A stretch of DNA of 62,204 nucleotides, counting the filler, from Pirum gemmata (Eukaryota), in NCBI GenBank assembly GCA_002812295.1. It is 21 parts of 21 records of this genome, joined end to end, with 100 filler letters (N's around TTAATTAATTAA, not from the genome) between each part and the next. Parts side by side here need not be neighbours in the genome. Positions count along the whole stretch, not along the records: positions 23,908 to 26,617 come from PDIN01004778.1; positions 26,718 to 31,083 come from PDIN01004779.1; positions 31,184 to 33,925 come from PDIN01004780.1; positions 34,026 to 36,779 come from PDIN01004781.1; 17 more parts are not named here. One strand, given 5' to 3'. Within the stretch, counting starts at the first letter, position 1; every line of letters begins with the position of its first letter. The notes under the pieces were generated by a model. The model made no database searches and was not told where the DNA came from. It was given only the letters and a program-made list of their open reading frames with translations. The translations under genes and the position numbers were made by a program. Below, piece by piece: positions 24,360 to 34,275 of this stretch.

Positions 24360-26093
24360 CCATTTGTGATGTTTCGCTGACCATTGAGTTGAATCATGAT
24401 AGGCATGTTCAACAACATATTGGTGGCAAACGACGGGATTTCAAATATAAACAGGGAGATAAGGACCCACTATACCATCAGTCACATGTTTTTTCAAATC
24501 TGTTACATACTCTATGGGGCAAGGAAAGATAAAAGGAAGCACTTTTTATTCGTATTATCGAAGTCCACTTTGGTTATGTTCCAATATAATTATACACAGA
24601 CGAACCAAAAGTTATTTTTATTTATATATTATTATAGTGCTTTTCAGTTGTTTTGTCATAATAAAATAGTTCCAAATTAATACAATATAAATCCATTTAA
24701 TTAAATTTGGTATATTTTATTATCTATGTATTGATTTAAAAATGACAATTTAAAGATTATAACCTTCCAAATAAATCGGAGTGACAAAATAACTGAAAGG
24801 CACGATATTAATATTTTAATTAAACTATTTACTACATAACGATCTTATTTCTGAGGAGCTAGTTCTTCTTCTTATTCTTATTCTTATTCTTATTCTTATT
24901 CTTATTCTTATTCTTATTCTTCTTATAATATATAATAATAATAATTTTTCCTATTTTTTTAATTTTCTCTTCTTCTGATTTTAAATATGTATGTAATGGA
25001 ACTTTATCAATAATATATTCACCAATTTTTGACGTTTTCCTAACCATCCAGCCGAGCCACAATCAGCAACAGATTGGTGCTAATGACGGGATTTCAAAAT
25101 AAAAACGGGGATGATAAGAACTCACTATATACCATTAGACACATGTTTTTTCAAACCAGTTACGGTAAGGAAAGGTAAAAGGAAAAGATAATATTTGACA
25201 ATTGTATCATCGAAGTCTACTTTAGTTACGTTCCAATATATTTTTTCACCGATTGGTGATGTTTCGCTAACCATCGAGCTGCCTTCATGTTTTTTCAAGC
25301 CAGTTACGGATTAGTCGCAAATGACGAGAAGAAAAATAGAAACGGGGTGATAAGGACCCCCGCCCCCCCCCCACCCATAAACCATTAGCCACCTGTTTTT
25401 CCATATCTGTTACATACTCTATGGGATAAGGAAAGGATAAGAATTGACAATTTTCGCAAAGCTTTATATTGAATCATCGAAGTCCACTTTACTTGTGTTC
25501 GAAAATATTTTACACCAATTTGTGATGTTTCGCTAATAATTGCGCCGCATCATGATAGAGCCATAATCAACAACAGATTAGTGGCAAATAATAGGGTGAT
25601 AAGGACCCACTATACCAAAAGCCACATGTTCTTCCATACCTGTTATATGCGACAAGTAAAAGAAAAATTTCGCAACAATTTATAATGGTATCATCGAAGT
25701 CCAGTTTACTTATGTTCTCAAAAATTTTTCACCAATTTGTGATGTTTCGCTAACAATTGCGCCGCATCATGATAGCCACGATCAGCAACAGATTGGTGGC
25801 AAATGACGGGGTTAAAAATAGAAATGGGGTGATAAGGACCCTATACCAATAGCCACATGTTCTTCATCAATTTGTGATGTTTCGCTAACCATTGCGCCGC
25901 ATCATGATAGCCACGATCAGCAACAAATTGGTGGCAAATGACGGGTTAAGAATAGAAATGGGGTGATAAGGACCCTATACCAATAGCCACATGTTTTTCC
26001 ATACCTGGTACATATGCTCTAAAAAAAAAGTAAAAGGAAAAGATAATAATTAACAATTCACAACAATTTATAATGATATCATCGAAGTCCACT
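24360..26093 (-). repeat. About 6 decayed tandem copies of the 3' end of the adjacent patatin-like exon
   Basis: tttgtgatgtttcgctaaccattgcgccgcatcat...cagattggtggcaaatgacggg...gtgataaggacccactatacc, from the coding region 26124-26290, recurs with indels. Confidence 0.92.
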
Positions 26094-26528
26094 TTACTTA
26101 TGTTCTAAAATATTCTTCACTAATTTGTGATGTTTCGCTAACCATTGCGCCGCATCATTATAGCCACGATCAGCAACAGATTGGTGGCAAATGACGGGAT
26201 TAAAAATAGAAACAGGGTGATAAGGACCCACTATACCATCAGCCATATGTTTTTCCATACCTGTTACATACTCTATAGGGTAAGGAAAGGTAAAAGGCCG
26301 AATGGGAATTGAGGATTCGCAACACTTAAAGTTTCTTTCGTGTATCATGGAGTCAATGCAGTACTTATTACCAACATTCGTCGGAGAAAAAGCAAACACT
26401 CCAGGAACACAAATACTAGCGCTCAAACATTCTCGTAAATGTTGTTTTGAGTGAAATTCAGTAACGTAACGGTTTCTCATAGTTGGTAATTCACGATAAG
26501 CAATAGTTAATTTTCCAGAACACTTAAT
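26094..26528 (-). CDS. Patatin-like phospholipase (PNPLA/ATGL-like), last exon
   Basis: GKLTIAYRELPTMRNRYVTEFHSKQHLRECLSASICVPG...KYCID matches the PNPLA pattern (LxISxT...NxLVSEFxSKxELIxAxxxSCFIP...YxDGG). AG acceptor at 26529-26530. Confidence 0.8.
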   Translation of the reverse strand: MKCSGKLTIAYRELPTMRNRYVTEFHSKQHLRECLSASICVPGVFAFSPTNVGNKYCIDSMIHERNFKCCESSIPIRPFTFPYPIEYVTGMEKHMADGIVGPYHPVSIFNPVICHQSVADRGYNDAAQWLAKHHKLVKNILEHK

Positions 26529-26744
26529 CTAATATATCATTAGTAATCGCATTAATGGTTGATTGATTAATAATAATAATAATAATAATAACAATAACAA
26601 TAACAATAACAATAACANNNNNNNNNNNNNNNNNNNNNNNNNNNNNNNNNNNNNNNNNNNNTTAATTAATTAANNNNNNNNNNNNNNNNNNNNNNNNNNN
26701 NNNNNNNNNNNNNNNNNTGAACTTAAATGTAAAAGAGTTTAAAG

Positions 26745-27287
26745 ATGTTTTTTATAATAAAATTCCTACTTGTGGTTGTTTGTTTGATTTTCGAACGAAT
26801 TAAAGTTAGTGCTGATTCTGTGTGTCACTGCGGTGATTATTTTACAACTTCAATTGAGAATTTTTCTACAAATGAACTGCAAGTACCCAACGATTTTCTT
26901 TCTTCTTGCATTCACTATGCAGACATAATAACAGACTCAGACCCTGGTTATTTATTAAACAATGCTGATTTGCCGAAATATATAGAACTTAATGTATTGA
27001 AACGTAAAAATAACATTGACGCTTGTATTAATGGTATTTGTCCAAGTAATTGTACACATTTAAATTGTCAAAGTCGCTCTAAAGTTATTTTTGATGCAAT
27101 TCAACCAAATTGTTTTAATGACTTTAAGAAATTGACTACCTTAGATATGAAATTCAATCAAGTCCTTGTCTTATTTTCTGGCTCGTTCAATGGGTTGGAA
27201 AGTTTAACTGCACTTGATTTAAGTTCTAATCAACTATGTAATCTAAATACTATTCGTTACAATCCCATCCATAACAATACCCTTGAT

Positions 27288-27325
<38 letters not shown>

Positions 27326-28259
27326 TAATAATAAGGACACTAGTATTGTTAATGTATTTAAACAATTGAAAAATCTTGAACTATTAGACTTAGGGTCGAA
27401 TTCAATATTTTTTATTGGGCCTGGTAAACTAGACGATTTAACAAAATTGCAAAGTTTACAATTTCCAAGCAACATGCTATCTGAATTAGATGTTAGTATC
27501 TTTCACCAGCTTTCTGCTGTAGAGGAATTAAGTTTCCAATATAATAGATTAAGTACATTTGGTAATTCAATTTTCCCTTTTCTACCTAAACTGACTGATA
27601 TTGATTTTTCATCAAATCTACTTTCATCCTTACCTTTTGATTTTTTCGCACAAACTTCAAACTTGAACACGCTACAATTGCAAAATAATTTTTTTCCCGA
27701 CTTCCCTCCAGCACTAGGTGTTTTTTTTGATAATAATAATACTACACAAGGGGACTTGAGTCCGATACTATTTGACTTTAGTAAAAATCCTATTGTCACC
27801 AAGACTACTATTCCTAATTCTCTAAAAGAATTTTCGATGGACTCAAATAACATTGTGTCTTTACCAATATTACCAAGGTGTTGTGCAGAAGCAAATCAAA
27901 ACTTCTTGAAAATAATTAAAAATGCAAATATCACGTTGTATTCTGGTGGTTGTGCTACTGGAAATTCGTCAAAAGTAAGAAACATTAATTTTCTGGACTT
28001 TGATTTAAATAGTTGCAAGTACCTTGAAAGTGATTGTAAAGGTCATTCTGTACTCTCGCCGTTTCGCTATTTTGATTATGTGAATTATGTATGTGTAGAT
28101 AATTCTACCTTGTATATTTCGATTATAGCGGGTTCCATTGGGTTTGTGCTTGTATGTCTGATTACTGTTCTGGGTGTATGGTATTATAGAAAAAGGATGA
28201 AGCAAAAGGACTTACTAGATGGGTTGACACCAGAGGAGGTAATGTACAATCAAATATGA
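26745..28259 (+). CDS. Leucine-rich repeat type I membrane protein (504 aa)
   Basis: Signal peptide, Cys-rich N-cap, multiple LxxLxLxxN repeats (LTTLDMKFN, LTALDLSSN, LELLDLGSN, LTDIDFSSN), Cys-rich C-cap, TM helix ISIIAGSIGFVLVCLITVLGVWYY, basic stop-transfer and a short tail. Confidence 0.92.
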
Positions 28260-28283
28260 TTAATATTGCTTTACCTAATGCTA

Positions 28284-28319
<36 letters not shown>

Positions 28320-28485
28320 TTAAAATTTATTAAATGTTCAAAAAAAATTTTTTAAAGTTGATAATACATAATAATGAATCTGCTACTAATTTTGGTAAAA
28401 TCCAACCACAAACAATTAGCAATAATCAAGTATTACNATATTATGATTATAATAATAATATAATATTATAAATAGTAAATAATAT

Positions 28486-28791
28486 TATCACCCGTGTAGA
28501 CTTTTTTTGTCTACACGGGTGACAAACTTACTGGGTGTCACCCGCAGCTGGTCACCCGTGTAGACTTTTTTTTATCTACACGGGTTACAAAGTTACAATT
28601 TACAAACATATGGTTGGTCAATGGTGACTGGTCACCCTAGAATGGTCACCCAGAATGGTCACCCGTGTCTAGTCACCCGTGTAGACAAAAAAAAAAAAAA
28701 TCAAAAAAAGTCTACTGGCTACAGTGGCTAGCTCTGTGTGGCTGTGTCACCCGTGTAGACTAAAAAAAAAAAAAAGTCTACATGGGTGATA
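28486..28791. mobile_element. Foldback/MITE-like element E built from TCACCCGTGTAGAC subrepeats
   Basis: Terminal inverted repeats TATCACCCGTGTAGACTTTTT / AAAAAGTCTACATGGGTGATA, with several internal hairpins of the same motif. Confidence 0.75.
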
Positions 28792-29194
28792 CTACCTATT
28801 CAGTAGTTTAACCTAAAAGTTACGTAATATAGGAGGGTGAGATGACGTCATTTTACTAATTGAAGGCTCTAGTACCAAAATGAAATTTTTGTGATTAAAA
28901 TTACTTTAAATAGTATAATAGCTACTATTAATAGAAGCTTCTAAATAATAGATACTATTTATAGCTATATAAATACTATTTATGGTAACTGCGAAGTGGC
29001 GAATAGCCTTCCACTTCACCCCTCGCCCTTTTTTTTAAAAATGTTCGCAAAGGGGGTGCTCACCCGTCACCCCTCCTCGTAAATTCGTAATATTCAGTGC
29101 TGAATTGCTGATTACACCACACATTCCTAGCCACACATCCTGTGGATCAATGTACATATATGGCATAAAAGTGCTTTTTTTAAAAAAAAAAAGT

Positions 29195-29345
29195 ATTGTG
29201 CTTTTCATTTATTTTGTCACTCCGAATATTTATTTGGTTGCTTATAATACTTAAATTAATAATAATAAAATATACCAAATTAAATGAAATGGACTTATAT
29301 TTTATTAATTTGGTACTATTTATTGTATATTTATGACGACAAAAT
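29195..29345 (+). mobile_element. MITE family B copy. Others at ~24680-24807, 40365-40505, 43905-44088 and 50839-50878
   Basis: ttgtgcttttcatttattttgtcactccgaatatttatttggttg...taccaaattaaatgaaatgga is shared with 48915-49085 and 60843-61029. Confidence 0.85.
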
Positions 29346-29514
29346 ATTATTTTTTGCTCGATAGTCTATTCTAAATTTAAAAAAAATTATTAGGACCTAA
29401 AAGTGCTAAAAGTGACCTAAAAAGTCCTAAAAAAGTCACTAAAAAGTCCTAAAAAGTTTTTTTTTTTTTTTTTTCAACCCATTGAAGGAAAAAGATAATT
29501 TCTGGCAGGAAGAT

Positions 29515-29720
29515 CTCCACGGGGAAACATAATCGAATCAAATAGCTCGATCCTAATTATTAAATAGTGACAATTTTGAAATGATATTCTTTTTTTATTC
29601 GAGTTTCGAGTTTTTTCTATGAAATTTCTTTTAAAAATTATTAATGAAATCAAAAGTGAGTCAATCCTTAAAATTAGATCGAAATTTTTTGAAAGTTTCG
29701 AACTGGTCTCGATTCGATTC
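29515..29720 (+). mobile_element. MITE family D copy
   Basis: Colinear with 44765-45028 (aatcgaatcaaatagctcgat...gtgagtcaat...tttcgaact). Confidence 0.85.
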
Positions 29721-29729
29721 ATCTCTTTA

Positions 29730-29874
29730 GGGGAGTGTTCAAATACTATGTAACGCTAATTTCCGGTCAAATACAGCTTCAAATACCCCTACCTACCTAC
29801 CCCTCGACGTTAATTTCCGGTCAAATGCCACCTACCTACCCTCCCCTTGACGTTACCTTATTTGAGCTCTCCCC
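29730..29874 (+). mobile_element. Complete MITE family A (145 bp), PIF/Harbinger (Tourist)-like
   Basis: TIRs GGGGAGTGTTCAAATA / TATTTGAGCTCTCCCC, flanked by TTA on both sides (29727-29729 and 29875-29877). Confidence 0.9.
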
Positions 29875-29934
29875 TTACGGAGCCAAAAAAGTCAAAACCC
29901 TGTCAATAATGAGGCTGTCATACTCCTATCATAA

Positions 29935-30064
29935 GGGAGCGCTCAAATATTACGTAACGCCAATTTCGGGTTAAATACAGCGTCAAATACCCCTATCGAC
30001 CTACCCCTCGACGTAAATTTCCGATCAAATACCACCTACCCCTTGACGTAACGTATTATTTGAC
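29935..30064 (+). mobile_element. MITE family A copy. Further copies at ~37079-37153, 39725-39840, 40928-41048, 43718-43848 and 60722-60835
   Basis: Left end TAA-GGGAGCGCTCAAATATTACGT and the same internal CCTA repeats. Confidence 0.85.
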
Positions 30065-30407
30065 ACTAATAGTCTATCATAGGTCTATAAATAAAATAAA
30101 AAGAACCCAACGAAAATTTAGGTTTTTTTACATGAAGTCTCACGGGGGGGGAGAGTCAAAATATATATTGGCTAGTGGGAAATATATTTTGTGTAGCCAG
30201 CTAGTGTATAAAATGTTTAAAAAATATATAAATTACAGGAATTACAGGCGTAAAAAGTAAATAGTATAAATAAGTTGTGAAAATGTGAAATGGAAAAAAA
30301 AGTCTTGCAAAATTTATAAAAGTGTAAATTCGTATATTTGAAGTAAGTATAAGATTATAATTTAAATAAGCTTTAATTTTGGTAGCAATAATATATGTTA
30401 ATTAAGT

Positions 30408-30615
30408 AAAATCAGTATCTATGTCAAGTGTGTTACATATGCTGTTAAGATAGAATAAGTGTAAAATCAGTATCTATGTCAAGTGTGTTACATATGCTGT
30501 TAAGATAGAATAAGTAAAAAATCAGTATCTATGTCAAGTGTGTTACATATGCTGTTAAGTTAGAATAAGTGTAAATTCAGTATCTATGTCAAGGGTGTTA
30601 CATATACTGTTAAAT
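30408..30615. repeat. ~54-bp tandem repeat, 4 copies
   Basis: aaatcagtatctatgtcaagtgtgttacatatgctgttaag repeated head to tail. Confidence 0.95.
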
Positions 30616-31245
30616 TAAGTAAGTGTAAATTTAGTATAATAAATAAGTGTATAGTTGATATTTAGGTTAAGTGAGTAATACATATTGTAAATTTTAAATA
30701 AGTTAAAATACCGGAATTGTAAATCATATCATTATATATTCGAAAAAAAGTCCANAAGTGTAAATTTAGTATAATAAATAAGTGTATAGTTGATATTTAG
30801 GTTAAGTGAGTAATACATATTGTAAATTTTAAATAAGTTAAAATACCGGAATTGTAAATCATATCATTATATATTCGAAAAAAAGTCCATCAATTGATGA
30901 CTCAAAAAAAAAACACGAATAGAGACTAGCTAGCTACTAGCTAGCTAGGGGACGGCGGAAGATATAAAATATTATTCTGATTATATTGAATCGGATATTA
31001 TTGATCTAGAAAAATATCATAATAATTATAGAATCTTATTTAGATATACTATAGATATACATAAACACGCTATAGTCTATGTTNNNNNNNNNNNNNNNNN
31101 NNNNNNNNNNNNNNNNNNNNNNNNNNNTTAATTAATTAANNNNNNNNNNNNNNNNNNNNNNNNNNNNNNNNNNNNNNNNNNNNTATTATTATTATTATTA
31201 CTATTATTATTATAATGATAATAATTAATATAATGACTTAATTAT

Positions 31246-31660
31246 TTAACGGCATCTGTAAACAAATTTTCTCTGATGTCTACTCCATTCTTTTCTCTTA
31301 AATGATCCCAAACAGCACTTCCCATTTGCATGATAATAAGGATCCAGCCCTCTTCGTTGACATTTCAAGTTCAAGGGTTTTAAACAACGATAGTTTTGAC
31401 CATTGAAGTGCTGTATCAAACCTGAACAACATTTTTCATTGAATTTAGGATCATAAAAATCCCCTCCTTCACTAACACAATTCTTGTTGTCATCATCATC
31501 ATTATCAGTAACAAAACATTGATATCTAGTTTCTTTTTTCAAATATTTTCTTGTCAAACCATCACAGCATTTACCTTCTTTGTTAATAAAATATGGATCT
31601 TCTCCGACTTTCGCACATTTAATATCCTCTTCGGGTTTTTTGGTTGGTTCTATTGTTGTG

Positions 31661-31691
<31 letters not shown>

Positions 31692-33877
31692 TTGTTGTTG
31701 TTGTTGCTGCTGCTGCTGTTGGTTTTGTTGGTGTACTAATATGCTTCGACCCACCTTCCGTGCAAGGCATGGTTAAACAACGACCTTTTCCAAATAAATG
31801 TTGTTGAAAATCCTCAAATGAACTCATTTCAGTTAAATATGATGAAAGATACCATTCTGGATGCTCTTTTATCCCGTGATTTTTGGCCCAAACCACGTCC
31901 TCATAACAGTGGTCGCCTGGAACAACGGTACTACAACTTGCATCTTCATTTTCTAACCATTCAATTTTAAAAGATATAGTTCTGCCTGGTTGTGAAATCT
32001 CAGTGATATAAAGGTTAGTAGGACTATCGTTAAAGCGGTTGGAACTGGGTACTGTTAACGGGGTAAAGGAAGTTTGGGTGGCTGGTCCAAAAAGGTCTCC
32101 GTTATCACCGCGATTATGCCCGCGTTCTAAGTCCCAATTTCCATCCGCTTGTACTACAGTGTATTTGTAATGATCTTCGCTTAATTTAAAATCAAGTAAC
32201 TCGCCGTTTGTTTTCGATTGAGTTGCTGTTTCGTCTATGTGGAAAATAAGTAAACCACCCCTCTCAAGACAATATTCTGATCCCTCAGGGTATCGGTTTT
32301 CTAGTATAAAGTATTCTGTGTCGGTTTCAAAACCTTTTTTAATCATAATAACATCTTTATTAAAATAAGAATCAGATAAATTGTAAGTTCCGTTGGTATC
32401 TATAACTTGAATATTACTTTCGTCTAGCCAGCCAAGTTTTATTTTATTCATTGCTGACAACGGTGGGAAACAAAATTGATCCTGATGGATTCCCCATGAG
32501 TTACCCATTAAATCATAAGAACCTGTCCCATAACCAATCTGCGAAGTTACATCGTAGGAATCCAATAACCCTAAGAACTATTAAATATAAAAATAAATTA
32601 TTAAATAAATAAATAAATAAATAAAGAGATAGATAGATAAATAAATAAATAAATATAAAATAAATAAATAAATAAATAATAAATAAATAATAACAATATT
32701 AATAACAATAACAATTAGACAATAAAAATGCTAAATAACAATAACAATAACAATAACAATAATGACAACAATGAGAACAACAACAACAAACAACAACAAC
32801 AAACAACAACAACAAACAACAACAAACAACAACAAATAGCAACATCAACAAAATCAAATAACAACAAAACAACAAACAAACAACAAACAACAAACAACAA
32901 ACAACAACAAATTTACAAACAACAACACTAAAAACTTACATGTCCTAACTCATGAGCCACAGTACCAATTCGAGACAATTCCGAATGACAAGAACCCCAA
33001 ATCCCAGAAGAAATGTGGTACAAACCAATTGCAACACCTTCAGTTGATTTCCAAGAATAATCCCCACTATCACTAAAATAATGACCTTTATGTGACCAAA
33101 TCCTATCTTTCTGCAATGCACCTCCATCTTCTTGACATTCAGAAGCACCGAACTCTGCACCATGTCCACTGTGTATGTAGGTTACCATATCTATGTGGCC
33201 ATCATTGTCTTGATCAAAAACGGATTTAAAATTGTAACCTTTTTCTTTCATTATTTTTTCAGCTTTTGCTGACGCTTCTTTCATTGTTGTAAATAGCTTT
33301 TCAGAGCAAGGCCAGGTGTCTGTACCACTACATGAGTTAGCAGCTTCAGCTTCGGTTCTATTGAAATGAATAAATGAATAAATGAATAAATGAATAAATG
33401 AATAAATGAATAAATAAATAAATGAATGAATGAATGAATGAATAAATGAATAAATGAATAAATTAATAAATTAATAAATGAATAAATGAATAAATGAATA
33501 ACCCATTCTTAAACCTTTCTTAACCATTAATCCTAACCCCAACCCCTTAACCCTAACCCGTTAACCCTAACCCCTTAACCCTAACCCCCTAACCCTAACC
33601 CAAACCCAAACCCTAACCCTTCTTAAAAACTTACGCTTCAACATCAATCCACCCTGTCATGACAGAAGTAATATTTAATTTATTATAAGAGTTGGCCAAA
33701 TATACATTCCTAAGAGATCCGCCAGGAAAATGTGTTTCATTATTTTTATTACTATTGAACATATCTGTATAATCTGCAATTACAGGCAAGTTTCGAGCTT
33801 TATGATCCGAAAATCGAATCATAATTACTAAGTTTACTAAGTTTCTAGTATGACCATCGGGCATTGCTCGTCTGTTT
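31246..33877 (-). CDS. M6 family (immune inhibitor A-like) zinc metalloprotease, 3' part. Exons ~33635-33877, 32940-33357, 31246-32577
   Basis: NLVIMIRFSDH, FDQDNDGHIDMVTYIHSGHGAE, RIWSHK, spliced HELGH|FLGLLDSYD (HExxHxxGxxD), YDLMGNSW, SAMNKIKLGWL, EYFILENR, GLLIFHIDE, VVQADG. Splice phases are compatible. Confidence 0.93.
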
Positions 33878-34129
33878 CTGTTATGAATGAATTTATGAAT
33901 GAATTTAATAATAATAATAATAATANNNNNNNNNNNNNNNNNNNNNNNNNNNNNNNNNNNNNNNNNNNNTTAATTAATTAANNNNNNNNNNNNNNNNNNN
34001 NNNNNNNNNNNNNNNNNNNNNNNNNAATTTATTAAAATATTTGCTATTTATTGTCCCCCATTGATAGCGTATACCAGTATTTCGTCTCCCATTTCCGGTA
34101 CATTTTATACATAGGCGATCCCTATTGGG

Positions 34130-34174
<45 letters not shown>

Positions 34175-34275
34175 TAATAATAATAATAATAATATTAATA
34201 ATGATAATATTAATAATAATAATACTATTTTTAAAAAAATCATCACTAACATGTACACCCTATTATAATCTACAG

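Noticed and set aside
30408..30615. CRISPR-like array (also 44360-44498 and 6340-7010)
   Set aside because: These are head-to-tail tandem repeats without unique spacers, with no cas genes, in a eukaryotic context.
30621..30889. Exact 134-bp tandem duplication
   Set aside because: Identical copies are joined by a single N at 30755, the signature of an unmerged contig overlap. The same applies at N54811.
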